Position numbers and translations under genes: made by a program
The notes under the pieces: generated by a model
The model's input: only the letters and a program-made list of their open reading frames with translations
What the model was told of the DNA's origin: nothing
Database searches by the model: none
Assembly: GCA_038087875.1 (NCBI GenBank)
Contig: CM075997.1
Location: forward strand, 7,876,001-7,940,000
Reading direction: 5' to 3'
Source: Malacoraja senta
Taxonomy: Eukaryota
DNA length: 64,000 bases
Part shown: in pieces, positions 54,159 to 64,000 of the stretch
How positions within the stretch are numbered: the stretch's first letter is position 1
How the letters are laid out: every line of letters starts with the position of its first letter

Positions 54159-54563
54159 TTAGAATTTAGAAGATTGAGGGGGGAATCTTATAGAAACTTA
54201 CAAAATTCTTAAGGGGTTGGACAGGCTAGATGCAGGAAGATTGTTCCTGATGTTGGGGAAGTCCAGACAAGGGGTCACAGTTTAAGGATAAGGGGAAAGT
54301 CTTTTAGGACCAAGATGAGGAAAACATTTTTCACACAGAGTGGTGAATCTCTGGAATTCTCTGCCAGAGAAGTTAGTTGATGCCAGTTCATTGGCTATAT
54401 TTAAGAGGGAGTTGGATGTGGCTCTTGTGGCTAAGGGGATCAGGGGGTATGGAGAGAGGCAGGTACGGGATACTGAGTTGGATGATCAAACATGATCATA
54501 TTGAATGGCAGGCTCGATGGGCCGAATGGCCTACTCCTGCATCTATTTTCTATGTTTCTATGT
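54159..54563 (+). mobile_element. CR1 3' fragment inserted into a hammerhead mini-element
   Basis: Mini-element halves at ~54132-54158 and ~54564-54665. Confidence 0.8.
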
Positions 54564-54810
54564 AAAACATTACCTATCCATTTGCTCCAAAGATGTTGCC
54601 TGACCCACTGAGTTAGTCCAGCACTTTGTGTGTATCGTTGGGATAAACCAGCATCTGCAGTGCTTTCTGAATCCAGTTAGGTCAGGTTGTGCCTGTGATC
54701 AGCCATACCAGGGGCTGCATAAACAGTCTGTGATATGATCCCACTGTCATCTATTGTGACAGCCTGTCATCTCGGGGGGTGCCTCACTGAAATGATCCTC
54801 TGGGACTTAC

Positions 54811-54943
54811 CTCCTCAGGGCACATGTCATGTACACAGCTGGAAAAGTGCGAACAAACCATCGGAAAGGCAATCAGGTACTGCAGTTGTGTGGGGTCGTC
54901 TGCATTCTGTGAGAACATCTTCTCAAACAATGATGGGTAGAAA
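54811..54943 (-). CDS. NCKAP1L: NCKAP1L-like coding exon (133 bp)
   Basis: ctggcag|TTTCTAC...GAGGAG|gtaagt; FYPSLFEKMFSQNADDPTQLQYLIAFPMVCSHFSSCVHDMCPEE. Confidence 0.92.
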
Positions 54944-55640
54944 CTGCCAGAGAAAAGATACACATCAGATTATTGACCCAACAAGTAGTACGGGTGTCGG
55001 GGGTTATGTGGAGAAGGAAGGAGTATGGGGTTGAGAGAGAAAGATCGATCAGCCATGATTGAATGGGGGAGTAGATTTGAAAGGTCTAAATCCGCTCCTA
55101 TAACTCAAGAACTGTGAACATTGCCCCTTCTTGACTGAACTGATTCAGTTTGTCAATGGTCACCGCTGTCCATCGGGTGAAGTTTTCATGGAAAAATATA
55201 CAAGGAGAAAGTGACAGTGCGTGAATGTAAAACTGTTTAGTTTAGCTTTGTATAGAGATACGGTGTAGAAACAGGCCCTTTGGCCAACCCAGTCAATACC
55301 AACCATCAATTACTCATACACTAGCTCTGTTTATCCCACTTTCACATCCTCCATTGGGTGGAATTTACGAAATCCAATTAACCTACAATCCTGCATGTCT
55401 TTGGAATGTGGGAGGACACCGGAGCACCCAAAGGAACACCATGCAATAACAGGAAGAACATGCAAACTCTACACACAGGTCTCTGACTCTGTGAGGCACC
55501 AGCTCTACCACTTCGTACCGTGTTCCGGGTGCTGTTGTAAAGATCCGTTTGGAGCAGCTTCCTGAAAGCAGAAGGGGGGAAAGAAGTGGAAGATGCCACT
55601 TGGTCGGGGATGGGTAGATTGAAGCAAAGTGGAATCACAG

Positions 55641-58600
55641 TAGACAGTAGGTGCAGGGGTAGGCCATTCAGCCCTTCGAGCCAGCACCACCATTCACTGT
55701 GATCATGGCTGATCATCCATAATCATAACCCCGTTCCTGCCTTCTCCCCATATCCCTTGACTCCGCTATCTTTAAGAGCTCTATCTAACTCTCTCTTGAA
55801 AGCATCCAGAGAATCGGCCTCCACTGCCTACTTAGGCAGAGAATTCCACAGATTCACAACTCTCTGGGTGAAAAGGTTTTTCCTCACCTCAGTTCTAAAT
55901 GGCCTTCCCCTTATTCTTAAATTGTGGCCCCTGGTTCTGGACTCACTCAACATCGGGAACATGTTTCCTGCCTCTAGCGTGTCCAATCCCTTAATAATCT
56001 TACGTGTTTCAATGAGAACCCCTCTCATCCTTCTAAATTCCAGAGTATACAAGCCCAACCGCTCCATTCTTTCAACATATGACAGTCCCGCCATCCTGGG
56101 AATTAACCTTGTAAACCTACGCTGCACTCCCTCAATAGCAAGAATGTAATTCCTCAAATTTGGAGACCAAAAGTGCTCACAATACTCCAGGTGTGATCTC
56201 ACCTGGGCCCTGTACAACTACAGGACCTCTATGCTCCTATACTCAATGCCTCTTGTTATGAAGGCCAACATGCCATTAGAATTCTTCACTGCCTGCTGTA
56301 CCTGCATGCGTACTTTCAGTGATAGATGTAGGACCCCCCAGATCTCGTGGTACTTCCCATTTTCCCAACTTGACACCATTCAGATAATAATTTGCCTTCC
56401 TGTTCTTGCCACCAAAGTGGATAACCTCACATTTATCCACATTAAACTGCATCTGACCACTCACCTAACTTGTCCAAGTTACCCTGCATCCTCCTCACAG
56501 TTCACACTGCAACCCAGCTTTGTGTCATCTGCAAATTTGCTAACGTTACTTTTAGTCCCTTCATCTAAATCATTAATGTATATTGTAAATAGCTGCAGTC
56601 CCAGCACCGAGCCTTGCGGTACCCCACTAATCACTGCCTGCCATTCAGAAAGGGACCCATTAATCCCTACATTTTGTTCCCTGTCTGTCAACCAATGTTC
56701 TATCCATGTCAGTACCGTACCCCAATATAATGTGCTCTAATTTTGCCCACTAATCTCCTATGTGGGACCTTATCAAAGGCTTTCTGAAAGTCCAGGTACA
56801 CTACATCCACTGGTTCTTCCGTGTCCATTTTCCTAGTTATATTCCCCAAAAAATCCAGAAGATTAGTCAAGCATGACTTCCCCTTCACAAATACATGTTG
56901 ACTCGAACCGTTCGTGTTACAGCTATCCAAATGTGCCGCTTTCATATTTTATAATTAACTCCAGCATTATCCCCATGACCGATGTCAGCCTAACTGGTCT
57001 ATAATTCCGTTTTCGCTCTCCCTCCTTTCTTAAAAAGTGGGATAACATTAGCTACCCTCCAATACACAGGAACCAATCATGAATCTACAGGTCATTGGAA
57101 AATGATCACAAATCCTTCTACGATTTCTAGAGCCAACTCCTTCAGTACACTGGGATGCAGACAATCAGGCCCTGGGGATTTATCAGTCTTCAGTCCCATC
57201 AGTCTCCCCAACACCATTTCCTGCCTAATGTGAATTTTTCCTTCAGTTCCTCCGTCACCCTAGGTTCTCTGGGAACTAGTACATCTGGGAGATTGTTTGT
57301 GTCTTTCTTAGTGAAGACAGATCCAAAGTACCTGTTGAAGTCATCTGCCATTTCCTTGTTCCCCATAATAAATGCACCCGTTTCTGTCTACAAGGGACCC
57401 ACATTTGTCTTAACTAATTTTTTCCTCCTCACATACCTGAAGAAGCTTTTACTCTCCTTTATATTTTTGGCTCACTTACCTTTGTACCTCATCTTTTCTC
57501 TCCGGATTGCCTTTTTTGTTATCTTCTGTTGCTCTTTAAAAGTTTCCCTATCCTCTGGCTATCCGCTCATCTTTGCTATATTATACTTCTCTTTTATTTT
57601 TATACTGTCCTTGACTACCCTTATCAGCCACGATCACATCTTATTCCCCTTAGAATCTTTTTTCCTCTTTGGAATTAACTGATTCCTTCTATATTACCTT
57701 CTATATTATTCCCAGAAATAATATTATTCCTGCACCTTCTATATTATTCCCAGAAATACCTGCCATTGTTGTTCCACCGTCATCCCTGCTGGGGTCTCAT
57801 TCCAGTCAACTTTGACCAGCTCCACCCTCATTCCTCCATAGTCCCCTTTGCTCAACTGTAATACTGTCACTTCTGATTTTCCCTTCTCCCTCTCAAATTG
57901 TAGATTAAAATTTATCTTATTATGGTCACTATCTCCTAATGGCTCCTTTACCTTAAATTCCATTATCAAATGCAGTTCATTAGACAACACTAAATCCAGA
58001 ATTGCCTTCTCCCTGGTTAGCTCCAGTACAAGCTGCTCTAAGAATCCATCTCGGAGGCACTCCACAAACTCCCTTTCTTGGGGTCCAGTACCAACCTGAT
58101 TTTCCCAGTCTACCTGCATGTTTAAATCTCCCATAACCACTGTAGCATTTCCTTTGCTACATTAATCATTGTTGAAAACGTTAGCGACGCAGTGGTGCTG
58201 GTTTCCAACGGGAAAGGTGACGGATGCACCACACATCTCTGTCCTCCAGTTCCTGCGGACTTCCGCCATTGGAAGTGTAGGAGTGTGTGCTTCATCATCA
58301 TCCCTTACAATTCTATGTACGACAGTGATCGCAACTTCTACTGAAGTGAGGATGGACGTTGGCTCGCGAAAAGCTCATCCGCCCGTCTTGTTTTTGGTCC
58401 TGCTGCGGGTTCCCTCGTCACCTGGCAAACAAGGTGGGGGAGACGGTTTACTCACCGACTATCCGACCATGGAGTAGGTAGCATGGGATTACATGGTACC
58501 CATGGCGTGGGGAACTCCCCCAGGCCTGACCTGCTACATGCAAGGTCATTTGCTGCATGCTAATTTTAACTCTTGATTCAACTTGCACCCTATATGGGCT

Positions 58601-58895
58601 ACTGTTTGGGGGCCTGTAGATACCTCCCATTTAGGTCTTTTTATCCTTACAATTCTTCAGTTCTATCCATACTGACTCTACATCTCCTGATTCTATGTCA
58701 CCCCTCGCAAGGGACTGAATTTCATTCCTTACCACAGAGCTATCCCACACCCTCTGCCCACCTGTATGTCTTTTCGATAGGACGTATATCCCCGACTATT
58801 CAGTTCCCAGCCCTGGTCCTCTTTCAGCCATGTCTCCGTAATTCCCACAACATCATACTTGCCAATTTCTAAATGAGACTCAAGCTCATCCACTT
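55641..58895 (-). mobile_element. Long degraded CR1 (endonuclease to 3' UTR)
   Basis: VMGDLNMQVDW, AILDLVL, SDHN, DFQKAFDKV and KFADD on the minus strand. Confidence 0.88.
58163..58548. mobile_element. Unclassified ~385-bp insertion in the CR1 endonuclease region
   Basis: Flanked by tttgctacat (58153-58162) / tttgctgcat (58549-58558); the CR1 resumes on either side. Confidence 0.6.
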
Positions 58896-59548
58896 TTGGG
58901 TGTCAGAGTGTAGTTCATAGAGGTGAGACCCAGAAACAATATTGCATTCAATTTGGATCATCCTGCTATAGGAAGGATGTCATGAAACTGCAAAGAGTGA
59001 AGAGACAATTTATGAGGATGTTGCGAGGACTTGAAAGCCTGAGGTTGGGCAAGCTAGGACTTTATTCCTTGTAGTGCAGGAGGCTGACGGGTGATCTTAT
59101 AGGCATGTATAAAATCATGAGGGGCATAAATAGGGTGAATACACAATCTTTCTTAGAGTAAGAGAATCAAGAACCAGAGGACATAGGTTTAATGTGAGAG
59201 GGGGAGATTTAACAGGAACCTTATGGGCTACTGTTGGTGGTGGGTGTGTGGAACAAGCTACCAGAGGAGGTAGTTGAGGCAGACACTATAACAGTATTTA
59301 AAAGACGTTTGGACAGGTACATGGACTGGAAAGGTTTTCAGGGATATGGGCCAAACACAGGCAAATGGGGCTATCTTAGATGTAGCACATTGGTTTGCAT
59401 GGACGAGTTGGGCCAAAGGGCCTGTTTTGTGCTGTGTGACTCTATTACCGACGGTTGTAGTGATTGGATAAACTTCTCAAAGGCCCTTCACTCAGTCGCA
59501 GAGACAGGAGGACTGGAGTAGCAACCACATGACATCATCATGTGTCAT

Positions 59549-59746
59549 GTGGCAGTGGAGGCCAAATCACTGGATGGATTTAAGAGAGAGTTAGATAGAG
59601 CTCTCGGGGATAGTGGAGTCAAGGGATATGGGGAGAAGGCAGGCACGGGTTATTGATAGGGGATGATCAGCCATGATCACAATGAATGGCGGTGCTGGCT
59701 CGAAGGGCCAAATGGCCTCCTTCTGCACCTATTTTCTATGTTTCTA
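59549..59746 (+). mobile_element. CR1 family B 3' end
   Basis: Nearly identical to 9012-9210. Confidence 0.85.
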
Positions 59747-60106
59747 TCCCCCTCCTCCCCTTAGAGGGTAAGATTACGTTCCCTCTCCATGGAGGGCTCT
59801 ATGGTCTCTCTCACTGGCTTCATTCACAACACAATGGGATGGCCGTACCTATCAAGGGAATCTAGTAATCTGGGGATAGGACAGGAAAGAGGGGTTGGGA
59901 TGGGAGATGAGACATGACCTTTCATGAGTGCTGGAGCAGACAGGGAGGTTCGTATGGATGACTCCTGCTCCATTTCTCACGTCCTGGAACGGAGAAGGGA
60001 GAATTTTACTGCCCGCTCTGCTGCTCAGAGCAAACAAAAGAACAATGAGTACGGGCAGAGGTGTCATGGTACAAGGAGCTGGGTGCCTGTTCCCTGCAAC
60101 ACGCAC

Positions 60107-60252
60107 CAGAATGGGGCGAGGTCAGCCGTCTCCACCAGCAGCCCATCCAAGTCATCCAGCATTCGTGTGTGGAACACAATCGTGTTCATCAGCGACGCCA
60201 GGCCCAGATTCTCCCGCAATATCAGAGGCATCCTTGCAATGCTTGTGTAAAC
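60107..60252 (-). CDS. NCKAP1L: NCKAP1L-like coding exon (146 bp), first in the window
   Basis: tattacag|GTTTAC...TTCTG|gtgcgt; [48 protein letters not shown](C). Confidence 0.9.
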
Positions 60253-60451
60253 CTGTAATATGAATGAATATTTTATTATCACAAGTGACAAGTCACAGTG
60301 AAATTCTTTAATGTAAAGTGCGCTGGTAATGTTACAAAGTATCCCACACCAGGTCGTCCATTGTTTTCTCCCCCCCTCTCACGGCGGCCCCTCCACCTCC
60401 CCTTCCCTCCCAGCGGTCCCCTCTCGCCATGTCCTCTGAAATAGAACAACA

Positions 60452-60750
60452 CTTAGTTTAGAGATACAGCACGGGAACAGGCCCTTCAGCCCACCGAGTC
60501 CACGCCAACCAGCAATCCCCCTACATTTGTACAACCCAACACACACTAGGGACAATTTACAATTTTACCAAGCCAATTAACCTACAAACCTGTACGTCTT
60601 TGGAGTGTGGGAGGAAACCGGAGCATCCGGGAAAAACCCACGCAGGTCACAGGGAGAATGTACAAACTCTGTACAGACAGCACCCCCGGTCAAGATCAAA
60701 CCCGGGTCCCTGGCACTTTAAGGCAGCAACTCTACCACTGCACCATCGTG
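60452..60750 (-). mobile_element. HE1-like V-SINE
   Basis: Tail, V-domain-like core and tRNA-like head. Confidence 0.8.
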
Positions 60751-61300
60751 ACATCCATACATAATTGATGCAGTAAATAGAGTGATAGTGCTATGAGGGA
60801 AGATGTCTCAAAGGTCTCTCCAAATGTGGCCATATGGATAGAAATTAGGAATATAAAAAGTGCACTCACTCTGTTGGGTTACACGACAGGTCTCCTAACA
60901 GTCAGTGGGAGACAAAGGAACAGATGTGTCGACAAATTGCAGAGGGGTGTAAGACTAAAAGTATTTTAGTGACGGGGTTCAAATTCCCCAATATTAATTG
61001 AGGAAACCTCAATGGTCTGGAGGGGTGATATTATACACCTCTATAAGATCACCCCTCAGCCTCCAGGACTCCAAGCAATAAAGTCCCAGCCTGTCCAACC
61101 TCTCCCTAAAGCTCAGCCCTTGAAGTCCAGACGACATCCTTGTAAACCTGCTCTGCACCGTCTACTTCCAGCTTAACGACATCCTTCCTATAGCAGGGTG
61201 ACAAAAACCTTCTCTGCAACTGTCCGCTTCCATCTTAATGACATCCTTCCTATAGCAGGGTGAGCAAAACTGAACAGAATACTCCAAATGTGACCTCACG

Positions 61301-63001
61301 CAGGGGCAGAAATCGGAATCAAAACATGGGGGGACACAATTTGGGGGAGAAGCGGTTTCTTGGTGGCCGCGTGCATGCGCATGCGCACACACACGCAAGG
61401 CTTTGGGGGCTTTGGCCGTGGGCCCTGTGGACGGTAGCATCGGGAGCTAACCTGGTTGGTGACCGAGTCCGAACTCCAGCAACGGCAGCTTCGTCCACCC
61501 CGAATCGTGGGGCTCAAATCAGCCCGTTTGCGGGGCCATTCATCGCCTGGCGTGGCTTAAAATCGGCCGGCGGGGGCATCAACATCGGGAGCCTCGATCG
61601 CCTCGATGCAGCAGATTGATTTTAAACCGCGCCGGGCGATGAAAGGCCCAGGGAACGAGTCGATTCAGCCCTAGAAGCGCCTTATACCTGCTTGATCCTT
61701 TCAAAAGCTACAATGTGATGAATAACACTTAAACAAATAAAACTGAAGCAAATAAAGGCAAACAGAAGTAACAACTTTGGAGGGGGGAGAGAGGGAGAGA
61801 TGGGAAAAAAAATACTAAATAACGTGAGTGACCGTGAATGAGGGACTTATCTGCAAGCCCGTTCGACCGGATCCCTTAATGACCTGACCCATTTAAACCC
61901 GATACCCGTTTAAATCTTTCCCATCCACCAATACATCCAATTAGTTGAAATGGTAATTGTACCCGCATCAGACAGCTGTAAGAAATTCTCTGTAAATACC
62001 TTCAGTAATACTTGAAGGTAAAAACACAATTGCTGACACATCGTGTTAATACGATGTTAATAGTGACATTTAACAAGCGCTTAACAGTGACACCCCCTCT
62101 GTCTCGTGGAAAGCGGAGATTTTAATAGATTTTTTTTCACGGTATTTCAAAATCCGGATGACAAAACATGGGGGGAGGGGATTGTCCCCCACCTCGCAAA
62201 ACATGGGGGGGGGGGGGGGGAGAACGTGTCCCGCCCGGGGGTCACAAATGTCTTGTGCTCCGGATTTTTAAATTTGGTGACAAAAAATCTAAATCTCCGT
62301 TAATAGCTCAGGTATTCTCGGAGAATTTCTTAAAGCTGTCTGATGCGGGTACAATTACCATTTGAACTAATTGGATGTATTGGTAGATGGGGAAAATGTA
62401 AACGGGTGTCGGATTTAAACTGGTCAGGTCATTAAGGGCTCCGGGCTGGCTTGCAGGTAAGTCCATCATTCACGGTCACTCACGTTATTTAGTATTTTTC
62501 TCCCATCGCTCCCTCTCTCCCCCCTCCAAGGTTGGTCCTTCTGTTTGCCGTTATTTGCTTCAGTTTTATTTGTTTAAGTGTTATTTATCACATTGCAGCT
62601 TTTGAAAGATTCAAGCAGGTATCAGACGCTTTCTAAGGGCTGAATCGACCATTCACGGGGCCTTTCATCGCCCATCGCGGCTTAAAATCAATCTGCTGCA
62701 TCGAGGCGATTGAGGCTCCCAATGTTGAAACCTCCGCCGGCCGATTTTAAGCCGCGCCGGGCAATGAAAGGACCCGCAAACGGACTGATTGAAGCCCCAC
62801 AATTCGGGGCGGACGAAGCTGCTGTTGCTGGAGTTCGGAGTCGGTCACAAACCAGGTCAGTTCCCGATGTTGCCGTCCACAGGGCCCATGGCTGAAGCCT
62901 CCAAAGCCTCGCGTGTGTGCGCACATGCATGCGGCCACCAAGAAACAGCTTCCCCCCCAAATTGTGTCCCCCCCCCGTGTTTTGATGGCGATTGCCGCCT
63001 G
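61301..63001. repeat. 1.7-kb imperfect palindrome (foldback/MITE-like)
   Basis: Arm 61301-62169 is the reverse complement of 62248-63001, with a ~78-bp G-rich spacer. Confidence 0.88.
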
Positions 63002-64000
63002 ACAGCGAGTACCTGCAGGTCCTTTTTGTCCCAGTGCTCCTTGGGTTTTGAGCTACAACCGTCCTGCTTCAGCGCAGAATGCTCCAAGGTTGCCTATGCC
63101 ATCTCCCTGATGTCTGGACGTGCTTCAGCCTCGGGTACAGCTGCCTGAGAGAGACAACGAGATTTCTCTCAGGACTTTGCCCATTTTTTGGCTGAGCTGG
63201 GAAGGTGCTTCAACAACCCTTTAGTCAGAAGAGAGGCTGCCCAGAGGATGCTGCATCTCCGCCAGAGGGTACACTCTGTTGCTGATTACACCATTGACTT
63301 TCGGACCACGGCTATAGAGAGCAGTTCGTGTGATACCGCTCTGCTCAGTGTCTTCATGGCCTCAACGAGAACCTAAAGGATGAGTTGGCCTCTCATGCCC
63401 TCCCCTCTGATCTGAACTCGTTGATTGATAGACAATAGGTGCAGGAGTAGGCCATTTGGTCCTTCGAGCCAGCACCGCCATTCAATGTGATCATGGCTGA
63501 TCATCCACAATCAGTACCCCGTTCCTGCCTTCTCCCCATATTCCCCGACTCCGCTATCTTTAAGAGCTCTATCTAAATCTTTTGAAAGCATCCAGAGAAC
63601 TGGCCTCCACTGCCTTCTGAGGCACAGAATTCCACAGGCTCACAACACTCTGTGTGAAAATGTATTTCCTCATCTCCGTTCTAAATGGCTTATCCATGAT
63701 GTAACCATCCGGTTAGATAACCAGCTCCAGGAGTGAGAGCGAGCCAAGCTATCGACAGTTCTTTACCAGTCACCTAACCGTTCACACTTCTCTTGTCGTA
63801 GTTAGCATATTGTTCCACTTCCCTCTGAAGCAAGTAGCCTCACACATCCCGGCCCTGATCCAGTGCAGGGGGAGTCTATACAGATGGCCACAGCAGGCTG
63901 AGCGAGGCCGAGCGCCTGAGAGGCATACGGGGGAGATCAAGGACATTTCATTGCTGCCTGCCCAGTAAAAGCCAAACCCTCCCTAGTTGGAGAGGGATTA
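63002..64000 (+). mobile_element. Ty3/Gypsy (sushi-like) gag remnant, split by a minus-strand CR1 3' fragment (~63430-63696)
   Basis: CRSFLSQCSLGFELQP...SKVAYAISLMSGRA, LHLRQRVHSVADYTIDFR, GLNENLKDELA and zinc-knuckle remnant GHFIAACP. Confidence 0.8.

Larger units (their letters stand above)
3292..60252 (-). other. NCKAP1L: NCKAP1L/HEM1-like gene (Nck-associated protein 1-like, WAVE regulatory complex subunit); partial, 10 internal exons in the window
   Basis: Ten exons of 146, 133, 120, 140, 132, 219, 131, 98, 94 and 83 bp splice in frame (432 aa) with GT-AG boundaries. Peptides [23 protein letters not shown] and YLESLLRQ match NCKAP1L as I recall it better than NCKAP1 (KLVVENVDVLTQMRTS, MWHISSQ, YLETLLRQ). 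Start and stop lie outside the window. Confidence 0.9.

Noticed and set aside
63002..63430. Possible domesticated PEG10/RTL-like gag gene
   Set aside because: Stops, frameshifts and a CR1 insertion indicate a decayed Gypsy element
60253..64000. The next upstream NCKAP1L exon
   Set aside because: No matching peptide with splice sites was found; it probably lies beyond the window

Overview
This is eukaryotic DNA, most likely from a cartilaginous fish (skate/ray); that is inferred from the HE1/V-SINE-like SINEs and the dense CR1 LINEs. The window is almost entirely intron. Ten internal coding exons of an NCKAP1L (HEM1)-like gene lie on the minus strand (60107-60252 down to 3292-3374). They total 1296 bp / 432 codons, all introns are GT-AG and the reading phase is continuous; the gene continues beyond both window edges. 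The rest is nested transposable elements: many CR1 LINEs (some young), Rex1/Babar fragments, an L2 3' end, Penelope-like fragments, tRNA-headed V-SINEs, a Ty3/Gypsy gag remnant, and a DIRS-type tyrosine-recombinase retrotransposon with both termini and its internal complementary region recognisable. The most unusual items are (i) a dispersed family of 110-230 bp Penelope-derived mini-elements carrying a minimal hammerhead-ribozyme core, often palindromic and in two cases with long target-site duplications (TSDs); (ii) a 1.7-kb imperfect palindrome; (iii) a GC-rich non-coding element family with a conserved hairpin and a Rex/Babar-type tail; and (iv) a structured 385-bp insertion of unknown family. 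Exon boundaries were read base by base; repeat boundaries are approximate.
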